Notes: generated from the sequence alone by a model not told the origin. DNA of 64,000 nucleotides from Bugula neritina (GCA_964035545.1 OZ037771.1:15409289-15473288); one strand, 5' to 3'. Numbered from the stretch's first letter, positions 34,011 to 48,500 are shown. Numbers and translations: made by a program.

Positions 34011-34229
34011 AGGGGGTACAGCTGCCCCCTTGTTAGTGCTGGGCAGAACACTGGCTGCTGACTAATGCCAATGGAATGCAGTCATGAAAGCTGCCTTTAA
34101 ATTAATGTTAGCTGTAGGTAATAATACCAAAAATGCAGTATACAGCAGTTGGACTTTTCAGCTGTTTCTAAACAAATAAGGACCAACACTAATACTAGTA
34201 ACTACTTACACTGGTACTATAGTGACCAG

Positions 34230-34370
34230 TACTAGTACTAGTGACTACTAGCACCAGTATTAGTGACTGCTAGCACCAGTATTAGTGACTACTACCACCA
34301 GTATTAGTGACTACTAGCACCAGTATTAGTGACTACTAGCACCAGTATTAGTGACTTATAGCACCAGTAC
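34230..34370. repeat. 22-bp repeat (GCACCAGTATTAGTGACTACTA)
   Basis: Direct periodicity. Confidence 0.8.
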
Positions 34371-34959
34371 TATTAGCTGCCCCTTGCTTATGGTCTACGG
34401 TGGCTACAGTATCGCTGCCCCTTGTTTGTGGTTATGGTAAAATGTAGTAAATAATGTATTTTTTGCAAAGTGGAAATACCACAGCCTGGTTTAAATCACG
34501 TAGAAGTACTTGCAGACTCAGTACTGGAGATCTCAGTCTAAAAACAAGTCTAATCTCAGTCTAAGAAAGAAATGAAAAAGCCATGACACATTGGATGTAT
34601 ATATAAGCTAGTTGTAAGCATACTTGACACCCCCCATGGCTGATAACAAAGTTGAGTTACAACAAAGATCCAGCTCTTTAAGTTACCTGCTACTAGGGGA
34701 CCAGGGTACTAAGCTAGGTACTCGAGCTATGCCCTAGGACTAGGGTGTGGTACTAAAGCTATGCCCTAGGACCAGGCCATGACACCAGAGCTACAGGAAA
34801 CCATGCCCATGTTTATTATTATGTTGGATCAAATCACTAGAATGTAGTGGTTCCATCAATACCCTTTCCTTGGTCAGCAAGTTCATTGGGAGTTCAAATA
34901 TTTGCCAGGGATATATTATGCTGGTATGACAGACAAAGTGCTGGCCTGTTTGTGAGGTT

Positions 34960-35650
34960 ATATATAGTAAAGTATACAGTAAGTTATACAGTAAGTTATA
35001 CAGTAAGTTATACAGTAAGTTATACAGTAAGTTATATAGTAAGTTATATAGTAAGTTATATAGTAAGTTATACAGTAAGTTACACAGTAAGTTATACAGT
35101 AAGTTATACAGTAAGTTTTATAGTAAGTTATATAGTAAGTTACACAGTAAGTTACACAGTAAGTTTTATAGTAAGTTATATAGTAAGTTATACAGTAAGT
35201 TATATAGTAAGTTATACAGTAAGTTATATAGTAAGTTATACAGTAAGTTATACAGTAAGTTACACAGTAAGTTATATAGTAAGTTATATAGTAAGTTATA
35301 CAGTAAGTTATACAGTAAGTTATACAGTAAGTTATATAGTAAGTTATACAGTAAGTTATACAGTAAGTTATACAGTAAGTTATATAGTAAGTTATACAGT
35401 AAGTTTTATAGTAAGTTATATAGTAAGTTATACAGTAAGTTATATAGTAAGTTATACAGTAAGTTATATAGTAAGTTATATAGTAAGTTATACAGTAAGT
35501 TACACAGTAAGTTATACAGTAAGTTATACAGTAAGTTATACAGTAAGTTATACAGTAAGTTACACAGTAAGTTATATAGTAAGTTATACAGTAAGTTATA
35601 TAGTAAGTTTTATAGTAAGTTACACAGTAAGTTACACAGTAAGTTATATT
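34960..35650. repeat. 12-bp minisatellite (TAYAGTAAGTTA), ~57 copies
   Basis: Direct periodicity. Confidence 0.95.
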
Positions 35651-35904
35651 ATCATAATAAGTATTATATAATATTATTGTAGCTGCAATGAAATGGGCTG
35701 GCAATCCTCAGCTGATAAACAAAGGAGATAAATTTGAACTCATGTTGACCTGCCAACTGAGCCATTATCTCCTTCCAAGACCACTAAGTGATTGTATAAC
35801 GCTAGTTTATCAGGGCTGGAAAATTCATAGGAATGGAGTTTATGCAACAATAAGCCGTGAAACACCAAATAACAATCTTTTGATTCATTCCTAATCCATG
35901 GCTA

Positions 35905-36220
35905 TTCAGTATTTAGTGTTCAGTATTTAGTATTTAGTGTTTAGTGTGCAGTATTTAGTGTTTAGTAGTTAGTGTTCAGTAGCTAGTATTTAGTGTGTAG
36001 TGTGCAGTATTTAGTGTTTAGTAGTTAGTGTTTAGTATTTAGTATTTAGTGTTTAGTATTCAGTAGTTAGTGTTTAGTAGTTAGTGTTCAGTAGCTAGTA
36101 TTTAGTGTTTAGTATTTAGTATTTAGTGTTTAGTATTTAGTGTTTGGTATTTAGTGTTTAGTATTTAGTGTTTAGTATTTAGTGTTTGGTATTTAGTGTT
36201 TAGTGTGCAGTATTTAGTGT
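35905..36220. repeat. 7-bp (TTTAGTR) degenerate satellite
   Basis: Direct. Confidence 0.85.
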
Positions 36221-36574
36221 TCTCTGAAGCACAATCACTACTGCTGTACTGCATGTCTTTTCAGGTAATAGGAGTGTAAAAATATTTTTTATCAAAACAA
36301 CAGAAAACAAAAGAACTTAGAAATGTCAACGTATTCTTGCCAGTCAGGTGAAAGCAATACCAAAGACAGAGGCAAGATCGGGAGAGCCACCATGCCACCC
36401 CCTCCAACAACACTATATACTTGGAGCAAAAGCTATTTGTAGAAATGGTGTAAAATATAATATGTTATAAAGTATAAATGAACTGGAATATGGTTTATCA
36501 GTAGATGTATCTTATACACAGCTTGGCTACAGTGTAGCTTATATGGGAGTTGAGTGGGGGTTACTAGTTACTGC

Positions 36575-36995
36575 TAGTGAGTATTTGCTGCTAGTGAGTA
36601 TTTACTGTTAGCGAGTAGTTACAGTGTATAGTGAGTATTTACAATGTATAATGAGTAGTTACAGTGTATAGCGAGTAGTTACAGTGTATAGTGAGTAGTT
36701 ACAGTGTATAGTGAGTAGTTACAGTGTATAGTGAGTTGTTACAGTGTATAGTGAGTAGTTACAGTGTACAGTGAGTATTTACAGTGTACAGTGAGTAGTT
36801 ACAGTGTGCAGTGAGTGGTTACAGTGTATAGTGAGTAGTTACAGTGTACAGTGAGTGGTTACAGTGTACAGTGAGTAGTTACAGTGTATAGTGAGTAGTT
36901 ACAGTGTATAGTGACTAGTTACAGTGTATAGTGAGTAGTTACTGCCAGTGAGGAGTTACTGCTAGTGAGGAGTTACTGCTAGTGATTAGTTACTG
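36575..36995. repeat. 20-bp minisatellite (ACAGTGTATAGTGAGTAGTT)
   Basis: Direct periodicity. Confidence 0.9.
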
Positions 36996-37222
36996 CTAAC
37001 GAGTGTTTACACAGAGGCGAGGCTCTATTTACTGCAGGATTACATTACTCAACAAACCAAGGTCAGCGCCATTACTGTTTACAATTTACACAGTGTGTCT
37101 ACTGTGTAGGCGTAGTGTAGTGCTGCCAGACTATTAGACATGGAGGCAGCACTTTATGGCCGGCTGCTTACTGAAGAATATGTATTAATCTACTAGTTGG
37201 AATAGACCGTGGAGAGACTTAC

Positions 37223-37519
37223 TCGCTGTAAGACTTGAACATGACGCGGTGGCACCAGAACCCTCCTGGCTGCCTCACAAGCTAGCAAGTCTAGACTACT
37301 CGAACTCTTCAACAACAGGTGTTTAGTTTTCTTCTCCCATTCTGTCTCTATGAAGGCAGGGTTCCATATCCGGTTGTGACTGTGTGAACTCTCCATTAGG
37401 CTGCTGCTTCTGGCAGCGCTGGATGCCATTAGAAACTGGTGGTATTTTGCTGTCAGTAGCTGGTCACACAGCGGCATCGCCTGCCCCCCACTCAACAGCT
37501 CCTCATACATAGGCAGCAT
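37223..37519 (-). CDS. Candidate alternative first coding exon of the KLF gene (99 aa)
   Basis: Open frame MLPMYEELL...VLQR ending at a phase-0 donor CGA|gtaagt, compatible with the phase-0 acceptor at 33422. Confidence 0.55.
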
Positions 37520-38734
37520 GTCAGCTATATCATATCCTCCGAATATTTCACAAAATATCCCAGATTCGTCTTTCAAGTTTGTAACAACTCAGCTGAAGTG
37601 GTGTTGCCTGAGTGAATGTGCAAAGTCCACTTGAATGCTAACAACTACTGGCTAGGCATGAAATTTACTGTTCCAGATTAGATATGACTTGTAGACATTA
37701 AACTCTCTGACCTTGATAGCAGACTAATGCGATGTAAAACAGTCCACTAGCAGGAGCCTCCGCTTACTTCTCCTACGAAGATCTTTCTACCGAATGCTGC
37801 GAAGGGGTGATATTATATTACTAAAATAACAGCCGTCGTTGTACTCCGCGAATACCTCTCTTTTTGTGCAGTGTTAGCTTAGCCCCTCCCCTCGCCACAC
37901 CTACTTGCACAAACCATAATAGCATTATTACGATTAAACTTTTTATTGTTATTGGCGAACATAGGTTTCCTCCTAGATCACTGTAAGGGGGTAAGTAAAG
38001 AAAATGCTTTGATGTGTCACAAATTCTTTACTTTTTTAAGGAAATAATTATTTCAAGTCAGAGTTCTAAAAACCTACAGCCATACCGGCTTTTAAGTTTA
38101 AATTCAATTTTAAATCCTGACACTCAACCAGTAGTACAGCATTGCTAACAGCATTGCTAACAGTATTGGGTATTGATTTTTAAGATGCCTGAATAAGGTG
38201 AAAGGTGGTGGGAGAACGTGGGTAGATGAAAAGATTTAATACAAGGTAACTATCAATAGAAGTGGTGCAGGTGAGAACACACGTTATTGATCTTTGATTA
38301 TTTGTGGCACGAAGGTAATGAATTGATAGAAAAGATCACAAGAAAGTCTTAGACATGCCCTAGTCCACAGTAACACACAGTTGGTACAAACTGCACCACA
38401 AACACTAATTGCAGTAAGTTACTGAGGTACTGAGGTAGGCTCAAAGAGCACACCTGCCACCACTCCACTACTGGGAAATGTAAATGCAGAGGTGATGATT
38501 GCTAATAACCATAATTATTCGTTGCAAACAACTTAATCCCCTAATCCACAGGTTCAGCCTATATATAGAGCATAGGAAGGTGGGACTGCTAGGCAGTGGC
38601 AAGTGCTAACGAATCCCACTGCAAAATACATGATTTGAAATAATCTCTTGCAAAACCATGACTCAGCGAATGATAGAAATCAGTTACCCCCCACAGCACT
38701 AGCTGAGCTATTCCCTCTATAGTATATAGCAGCA

Positions 38735-39045
38735 TAGTACTAGTTGAGTTGGCAGCACGTAGTACTAGTTGAGTTGGCAGCATGTAGTACTAGTTGAGTT
38801 GGCAGCACATAGTACTAGTTGAGTTGGCAGCACATAGTACTAGTTGAGTTGGCAGCACATAGTACTAGTTGAGTTGGCAGCACGTAGTACTAGTTGAGTT
38901 GGCAGCACATAGTACTAGTTGAGTTGGCAGCACATAGTACTAGTTGAGTTGGCAGCATGTAGTAATAGTTGAGTTGGCAGCATGTAGTACTAGTTGAGTT
39001 GGCAGCACATAGTACTAGTTGAGTTGGCAGCACATAGTACTACTA
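38735..39045. repeat. 25-bp minisatellite (AGTACTAGTTGAGTTGGCAGCACAT), ~12 copies
   Basis: Direct periodicity. Confidence 0.95.
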
Positions 39046-39281
39046 GTTGCCACCCCTCCTCATTATACACATTCACTTTTCATTTATATTATTTCTACAC
39101 ATATCATTATACAGGCTAAGGGTGAATCTGTAGCATGCCAACCCCAACACTAGCAAACATAGGCTCAGAATATATATTAGTCAACTTTAAAGACTCCATT
39201 ATTAAGGAAATAAACTTTGCTGAATAATATGGTTATATTATTGTGTTTACCTAGATAATATGTTATAGTCAATAATGTACA

Positions 39282-39284
<3 letters not shown>

Positions 39285-39329
<45 letters not shown>

Positions 39330-39338
39330 TATATATTA

Positions 39339-39410
<72 letters not shown>
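39285..39410. repeat. (TA)n microsatellite
   Basis: Direct. Confidence 0.9.
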
Positions 39411-39415
<5 letters not shown>

Positions 39416-40764
39416 CACAATGCCAAAATTTAAAGGACTTTTTCTGCTGTTTTGTTTTCTTTCAATTTCAATGTAAATTCAACTTACACAATCCAATAGC
39501 ATTAGGCGATTAAATACATTCTTTTAGCTGGTTGAATCAAGCTTGGCTTGTAAGATTTAGCTTGGTTAATTATAAAAATAAGCAAACAAAAGCCAAACAA
39601 TTGAATAAACGTGAACTTATAAAATATTTACAATTTTAATTGTCTAATGTTGATAATATTATTTAACGAGTATACTACGAGAAAAACTTCAACTATAACA
39701 ATTATAATTTAAGTATCATTTATTCAAATATGTTTGTAAAACTATTTTTAGGACCGTTTAAAAGTGAATTTGTTTATCTTATTAATTTACCCATAGAGTG
39801 CTACTAGATGTTATATGTGGGTATTTGATATTTTGCTGGCAAATAATTTTTATTAGTTGCAGCCAATTTGAATGAAATGCTTTCTCTCTTTGACTGCAAA
39901 TAGACGTACAATACTACACAGCAGAGCTTAGAGCTAAGTATTCATATGTATTATATATCTTAGCATCACTCAGAGGATCTAATAGGTTAACTTAAAATAA
40001 TATTGAAATATGTAGATCTGAAATCTATCTGTTAACACTTTATTTGACATGTTCAGATCATATCCTAACAAGGTATTGAATTACCTGCTAAACAATAAGT
40101 CAATTAATTGAGAAATGATGGCTGATGCAAAGTATGCAGTAACGAAGCTATAAATAAGCCAGCAGTTACGTAGGATCGCAAAGGAGAGCGACTTCGAAGT
40201 ACACCCGTGCCAAAGTGTCCAAGATTTATAGAAATGTCCGTGTTTGGAACACAGGGGCGTTTCTGCAGGCACTCACTACTTGATTTATAATGAATAATTA
40301 GATGTCAGGATTGAATAATAAATTAAATTGTCTCTGAACTGTTAAGTAATTAGAATAGAGTATGCAGTTTGCGTCTAACAACAAATGCAATGTTACTGCT
40401 GCCGCTACCCTGTTTTAGCTGCCAGCAAACCGCTAGAGGACACAATGCAGAGAGATGAACTGCTGGATAACCCAACAGCTGTCGGCCCAAACTCTATAAA
40501 GTGAAAGATTTAAATAAATAATTAGCTGTGTAGATGAAAGGCGACGAAACCCTCATAAAATTATTATAATAGGCGTACAAAGCTATGCCGGTATCATGTT
40601 TTGTATTACATTAAAATAAATTCGTTAAATTTCAATGTATTACGTAAGCTGGTTAATTAGGACCCATGCCTGCTCAAACCAGTGCCAAAAACCAGCAGCT
40701 AAAATATTTATGTGCTATAAATGATGGTTGCAGCTCAAATATGTCTTCTCATATAGAAATATAC

Positions 40765-40965
40765 AGAATAGAAGTGTATAGAATAGAAGTGTATAGAATA
40801 GAAGTGTATAGAATAGAAGTGTACAGAATAGAAGTGTATAGAATAGAAGTGTATAGCATAGAAGTGTATAGAATAGAAGTGTATAGAATAGAAGTGTATA
40901 GACTAGAAGTGTATAGAATAGAAGTGTATAGAATAGAAGTGTATAGAATAGAAGTGTATAGCATA
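40765..40965. repeat. 15-bp minisatellite (GAATAGAAGTGTATA)
   Basis: Direct periodicity. Confidence 0.9.
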
Positions 40966-42270
40966 GAGTTGTAGCAAATGGAAAGTTGAACATTTCCTGA
41001 GAGAGCCAGCCAACTGTGCTCTATGCAAACACAGAGTCTATAAATAAGAGACTAATTTAATATCTATACAATAAAGATTAAGTTTAGTAAACAGTGTAGT
41101 CTAGTGAGTGAGTAGACAGTAGCAGAGTTATCCCCAGGACTACCCCCAGGACTACCCCCAGGGTAGGGTGGGGGTCTACATACGGCTGTGACTAATAGCA
41201 CTCTGTACTTCTTCATTCCTTGAAATTATTTATCAATAAGGCACAAGCAAGGCAACATGACAGACAACTAAATATAATGTTATACAGCCCTTTATACCTA
41301 GGCTGAACAAAAATGTAAATAATATAGCCGTAAAATAGCAAACATATTTAGAGATAGAGAAGACAACATACGTAGCCAAAAGAATTACATATTATGTAAA
41401 CGAATTTAATGAAATATTTTATTAATAGCTTTAAAATCTATAAACAGCATTTTCTTAATATTTTATTTGTTTGTTTGAAATAAATTAAAGTAAAACATGC
41501 TTCTTAGCCCATAACATTCAGGTGAACAGTATCAAGTGTTTTGTCTATTTCAATGGCTATGCTATGCATCTAGTAATATATTTTATTACTTAACTTGTTC
41601 TAGTATCTTGACTTGTGAAGAGACTACGTATTATATTGTCATTACTTTATTATTTTTTATTACCATTACTTATTTTTATTCTATACTTATTAACAGCTCA
41701 TATATTATAGTCAACTTTTAGATGAGTTTAACAAAAATTAGATGTAGATTATTTATATAATATTTAATCACAGAATAGTATTTAAGCTGTATTATCAGTC
41801 ATAACTAATTTCTGAAATCTTGGAAATTAAAGCAGCTAATCAGTGGTTTATGCTTATAATTTTGAAGTTTACTTCTTCTCTAAATATAGTATAATAACAT
41901 ATAATATATAATACAGTATAATATAATACAATATACTATAATATAATACAATACAATATACTATAATATAATACAATATTATGTATTGTAATATAGGCTG
42001 TTATGTAATCAAAATAGCTATACTATTTATAATTATTATTATTTGTATTATATATTCTATATATTATATTCTTACACCATTATCATAGCCCACTTTATGA
42101 TTGAAATTGCCTTAAGACTTATCACAAATCTTGGAGTTACAATCAACTAATCAGCCATTATTATTTATTTTTGGAGATTTGAATGTTGTGAAACTTTGCA
42201 GGTGGATTTGGAAGAAACAAAGCAGGTGTGGGCTACTTGTAGAACAATACAAATGCCTATGGGATGCCAA

Positions 42271-42418
42271 CACCTACACACCAAGATACCTACACACCAA
42301 GATACCTACACACCAAGATACCTACACACCAAGATACCTACACACCAAGATACCTACACACCAAGATACCTACACACCAAGATACCTACACACCAAGATA
42401 CCTACACACCAAGATACC
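42271..42418. repeat. 16-bp minisatellite (CACACCAAGATACCTA)
   Basis: Direct periodicity. Confidence 0.9.
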
Positions 42419-44445
42419 GGTACTAGAAGGCAGAGTATCTGTGTATATATCTGTGTGTACATATAACTGTGTATATATCTGTGTGTACATATAACTGCGT
42501 GCACGTATCACTGAAATATAGACATGGAAGTGGGCTCCAGGATTCGTGTGGTTAATGCTAGAGAAATGTCTGTCTGTGTGTCTGTCACAGTGTCACCAAG
42601 TTTCACTCTCTCTACCAAATGCGACGGTTTTATGTGCCAAGCAATTAATCAAAGAAAGGCAACCACATCTCGCAGCTCTAGACTGCATACTTTAAAGATT
42701 ACTAAATTTACATATCATTATGTGAAGCAAAGTCCGCTGCTGTAGCCAAGACTGTTAAAATCTAATAACACTTGTGAAGAGGAGGTAAGAAGCAGCTAGA
42801 GTCTCACGTAGAGACATACGGCACACACATATCTGTCAACTTTCTATACACAATGCATAAGCTGCACCCTCTAGCTCTCTCTCTCTACCAGTCCATTGCA
42901 AGTTATATGAATAATTCCTCCACCATTTGCAATGCTTTCTCTGTTGTCATTCCTTGTTTTACCAAATATTATTCTAATTTATTCTGAGGTTTAGTCTGTT
43001 TCAATTATTTATTTAAAGTTGCTAATTTTAGACTCAGTCATTACACAATGTCAACGAAGTAAGTCTGCAGTAACATTTATTGCTGCAAATCCAAGATTGG
43101 GGACAATTTATGAACTATAATACATTAAGCTGGCCCCTACCAGGTACCAAGGCTATACTTAAGAGACCATGACTAGCACCTGCTTTCTGGCACAGACCCA
43201 AATGGTCAATAAATTAGAGGATCTGAATATCATTACACAAATTATGTCAACTAAAATATGACAAAATATATTTAATCCTGATGAAATTTATTATACAAAT
43301 TACACACAGTATTGTATTGTATACATCACACACAGTATTGTATTGTACACATCACACACAGTATTGTATTGTATACATTACACACAGTATTATGTTGTAT
43401 TATACAAAACACCAAAGTACAGGTAATGCTATATACTATATTACAGTAACTTAAAGTAAAAGCTGAGAAAATTTACTGTATACTAGTGTTAGTGCTTTTA
43501 CTACTAGTGCTAGTATTATTACTACTAGCGTTAGTACTATCACTATTAGTGTTAGTGCTATTACTACTAGTGTTAGTGCTATTACTACTAGTGCTAGTAC
43601 TATTACTACTAGTGCTAGTGCTAGTACTACTAGTGCTAGTACTGCTACATTAGAGAGAGTAAAGTTCAAAGTACTCCACACCTAAGACCAATCCCTGCAG
43701 ACTATATCAAGGTATGCCAACTAACTTGTATTTATGAATATTAATTCATATGTGAGCAGGAAACACCCAGTGTGAGCTCTATATTAACTAATAATAATAA
43801 AGTAGTCATGTGTTCACCTTACAGCTCCCTAATAACACACTTGCTGGTATGTTTATACCATGTAGGAGTTGTCTTCTTACTAATATATGAACCCTGGTCC
43901 CTGTGTTCTTAGTTTAATAACATAACGTAACCACTTTGATACTCCCGTTCAGTACTTCACTGAGTTCAGTAACTCAGATAGTACATAGATAAGCCTACAT
44001 GCCTATACACATATAATAGTATATACACCAAATGAGTTTGGGGTAAATTGTATTACATTGATGGGAGTTGTTTACTCAGTTTGAGTTGAAGAGCACGAGA
44101 GGATAACTCCAGCATACTAATAGTTGATATTATTACAGTCACTAACCTTAATAGTCTTGGGTACCGGCTTTCTTCTACGAGTTGTAGAAATACTTTTATT
44201 CCCCTCCTTTGCCTCCACAGGTGTTCTGTACCGGGCTGTGCAGGATTCACAGGGTATACCCCCTACCCGAACTTCTCCGTCAAGGAATCCACAGGCTTTG
44301 CACTACACAGCAGGGCAGAGAGAAGCAGTAGTAGAGTCAGCAACATGAGTTTGCTATTGAAGTGGGACAATACATGTGCCTCCCTCATGCAATTCTGAGT
44401 GAAAAGTGTATAGTTATAGCATAAGATGTGACAACTCCACAATCC

Positions 44446-45070
44446 TTGTCTACTCTACACTCTCGCCTTGTCTACTCTACACTCTCGCCTTGTCTACTCT
44501 ACACTCTCGCCTTGTCTACTCTACACTCTCGCCTTGTCTACTCTACACTCTCACCTTGTCTACTCTACACTCTCGCCTTGTCTACTCTACACTCTCGCCT
44601 TGTCTACTCTACACTCTCGCCTTGTCTACTCTACACTCTCGCCTTGTCTACTCTACACTCTCGCCTTGTCTACTCTACACTCTCGCCTTGTCTACTCTAC
44701 ACTCTCGCCTTGTCTACTCTACACTCTCGCCTTGTCTACTCTACACTCTCACCTTGTCTACTCTACACTCTCGCCTTGTCTACTCTACACTCTCGCCTTG
44801 TCTACTCTACACTCTCGCCTTGTCTACTCTACACTCTCGCCTTGTCTACTCTACACTCTCGCCTTGTCTACTCTACACTCTCGCCTTGTCTACTCTACAC
44901 TCTCGCCTTGTCTACTCTACACTCTCGCCTTGTCTACTCTACACTCTCGCCTTGTCTACTCTACACTCTCGCCTTGTCTACTCTACACTCTCGCCTTGTC
45001 TACTCTACACTCTCGCCTTGTCTACTCTACACTCTCGCCTTGTCTACTCTACACTCTCGCCTTGTCTACT
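44446..45070. repeat. 22-bp minisatellite (CTCTACACTCTCGCCTTGTCTA), ~28 copies
   Basis: Near-perfect periodicity; unit matches the donor junction at 45545-45560. Confidence 0.95.
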
Positions 45071-45177
45071 AGTACTGCTACTACTAGTACTGCTACTACT
45101 AGTACTGCTACTACTGCTGCTGCTACTACTAGTGCTGCTACTACTACGACTACTACTACTACTACTACTACTACTAG

Positions 45178-45218
<41 letters not shown>

Positions 45219-45504
45219 GTACTAGTACTAGTACTAGTACTACTACTACTAGTACTGCTGCTACTGCTACTGCTACTGCTACTGCTACTGCTACTACTAC
45301 TAGTACTACTAGTACTACTACTACTAGTACTAGTACTAGTACTAGTACTACTACTACTAGTACTAGTACTACTACTACTAGTACTGCTGCTACTGCTACT
45401 GCTACTGCTACTGCTACTGCTACTACTACTAGTACTACTAGTACTACTACTAGTACTACTACTACTACGACTACTACTACTAGTACTACTACTACTACTA
45501 CTAG

Positions 45505-45536
<32 letters not shown>

Positions 45537-45540
45537 TTAC
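45070..45540. repeat. (CTA/GTA/CTG)n trinucleotide tract
   Basis: Direct. Confidence 0.9.
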
Positions 45541-45552
45541 AAATACTCTCAC

Positions 45553-45690
45553 CTTGTCTAATGCGGCTGGGAAAGCCAGGCTCTGATCTGTGACTGCTGC
45601 TGCGTCAGCCTCTGCTTCTTCTTTCACCTTTAGTTGCTGACTCTCCAGTAACTTGCAGGCGATTGCATCTAAGGACCTGAGTCTAGACAT
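45553..45690 (-). CDS. Candidate alternative first coding exon of the KLF gene (46 aa)
   Basis: cttacag|GGAAT-ATG, then MSRLRSLDAIACKLLESQ...ALDK ending at phase-0 donor AAG|gtgaga. Confidence 0.5.
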
Positions 45691-46949
45691 ATTCCCTGTA
45701 AGACACACTCTACATATATTACCTGTAAAACAGGTGAGGGCAGGTGGGTGAAGGCAGCTAATAAGATGCACAAAAAGTTGTATAGCGGAGAAAATTTACA
45801 TAATATTATTTGTTTCTTGTAATAATTTAAGAGGTGAATATGAGAGATTTCAATGAAACACAATTTGAATGACATTGAAATCATTTATTGCTGACTTCCA
45901 GAACAGCAGAAAGTGATGATGTCAACACGTGTATAGTGTCAGCAGGGAGAGCAGAAAGTGATGATGTCAACACGTGTATAGTGTCAACAGCTGGGAGGGA
46001 GAAGACAGGGCAAAGGGTAACACATGAGTAAAGCGAAGGACTAGCCTGTAATACCCACTAGTTGTAGTATAAACTATCTGCTCTGTGCAACAACAACTTA
46101 TCTCTGATAGAACCAGCATGCAGTGAGTGAACCAGGATGTTGAGGGGAAGGAGCCAAGGAGCAAAGGTATAGTGTCTAGTTTCTACGCGCCAGTAACCAG
46201 TATTAGTAAGGGGGGTGCATGTACGGCCCTCACAGTATATCATAGCCTCAGAGCAAACCTTTCTGAATCACTGACACTTTGCTTATCTACATTCTTTGAT
46301 ACATTTCGTGGTATTGTTGCAAGAGTGCAGTGTGAAAGTGAAATGTTATCACAGTAGTTGTTACTTCTATTCCCTTCTTGGTTGTTAGTGCATTAGTTTA
46401 GTACACAAGCAGTGCTACAACATTAGCTAAGCCTGAGGAGAAGGGTAGTTCCTTCACTAAGAAGACAACTCCTTAGTTTTCCAGTAAAAACTCGCATTCA
46501 TTAGCACTAGAGAGTTTATAGAGTGATAGCAGCATGCAGATAGTAGTGAGAGTGAGGGTAGCAGTGGACCACCCCACAAACAGGGTGAGAGCATGGAGTG
46601 AGGTGCTCAGACTAAGACTAATGTGTCATGATTCACCAACTGCATCAGCCTGTATATCAGAATACAAGTGATGAGGCATGTAATTGGTCATTCACTTTAT
46701 CTTGTGGTCTAACTTCTACATAACTGTAATAATTAGTAGTGTTAGCTACACTAACAGGCTAATTAACAGCGCTATTAAGTTGTAACACAGGCTATGAAAC
46801 ATATAGGGTAGTTACATTATAGCATTTGGTGTTAACAACTACCCTTATATTAGATCAACTTGACTGATAGTGCAATCTCAGTGCATTCAACAATGTCTTT
46901 ATTATAGCATATAGAATATTTTATGATGTAATGTACATCATGTGTATTA

Positions 46950-47338
46950 TACTATACTACTACATTACTATACTACTACATACTACTACACTACACTACA
47001 CTACACTCCTACGTTACTATACTACTACGTTACTATACTACTACGTTACTATACTACTACACTACTATACTACTACATTACTATACTACTACGTTACTAT
47101 ACTACTACATTACTATACTACTACATTACTATACTACTACATTACTATACTACTACGTTACTATACTACTACACTACTATACTACTACATACTACTACAC
47201 TACACTACACTACTACGTTACTATACTACTACGTTACTATACTACTACACTACTATACTACTACATTACTACACTACTACACTACTACACTACTATACTA
47301 CTATATTACTATACTACTACATTACTATACTACTACAT
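46950..47338. repeat. ~16-bp ACTATACTACTACRYT repeat
   Basis: Direct. Confidence 0.85.
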
Positions 47339-47633
47339 GACACAGCGAGTGGTCACATGACACAGTGAGCGGTCACATGACACAGCGAGCGGTCACATGA
47401 CACAGCGAGCGGTCACATGACACAGCGAGCGGTCACATGACACAGCGAGCGGTCACATGACACAGCGAGCGGTCACATGACACAGCGAGCGGTCACATGA
47501 CACAGCGAGCGGTCACATGACACAGCGAGCGGTCACATGACACAGCGAGCGGTCACATGACACAGCGAGCGGTCACATGACACAGTGAGCGGTCACATGA
47601 CGCAGTGAGCGGTCACATGACACAGCGAGCGGT
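47338..47633. repeat. 20-bp minisatellite (CACAGCGAGCGGTCACATGA), ~15 copies
   Basis: Near-perfect periodicity. Confidence 0.95.
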
Positions 47634-47774
47634 GGTTACATGGAGGTATAATTGCGTCAGCAGACTGCATGGACAAGGAAATGTTAGGATCAATATTCAA
47701 TATTAAAGTTAAGATAAAATACAGTATAATAAACACAGCATGCAGGAGGTTGACATTTAAAGTGTTTTTTTCGG

Positions 47775-48500
47775 CTACAGTGTGTAGAGTGTGTACAGCT
47801 ACAGTGTGTACAGCTACAGCGTGTAGAGACTAGAGTGTGTACAGCTACAGTGTGTAGAGTGTGTACAGCTACAGTGTGTAGAGTGTGTACAGCTACAGTG
47901 TGTACAGCTAGTGTGTACAGCTACAGAGTGTAGAGTGTGTACAGCTACAGTGTGTAGAGTGTGTACAGCTACAGTGTGCAGAGTGTGTACAGCTACAGTG
48001 TGTAGAGTGTGTACAGCTACAGTGTGTAGAGTGTGTACAGCTACAGTGTGTACAGCTACAGAGTGTAGAGTGTGTACAGCTACAGTGTGTAGAGTGTGTA
48101 CAGCTACAGTGTGTACAGCTACAGAGTGTAGAGTGTGTACAGCTACAGTGTGTAAAGTGTGTACAGCTACAGTGTGTACAGCTACAGTGTGTAGAGTGTG
48201 TACAGCCACAGCGTGTGCAGCCACAGTGTGTACAGCTACAGCGTGTAGAGACTAGAGTGTGTACAGCTACAGTGTGTAGAGTGTGTACAGCTACAGTGTG
48301 TACAGTGTGTACAGCTACAGTGTGTACAGTGTGTACAGTGTGTACAGCTACAGTGTGTACAGCTACAGTGTGTAGAGGGTGTACAGTGTGTACAGTGTGT
48401 ACAGCTACAGTGTGTACAGCTACAGTGAGTAGAGTGTGTACAGCTACAGTATGTAGAGTGTGTACAGCCACAGCGTGTACAGCTACAGTGTGTAGAGTCA
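47775..48500. repeat. Compound GTGTACAGCTACA/GTGTGTAGA repeat
   Basis: Direct. Confidence 0.9.

Noticed and set aside
45715-45735. ttttacag|gtaata recursive-splice-like site
   Set aside because: A single motif that is common by chance; no supporting evidence.
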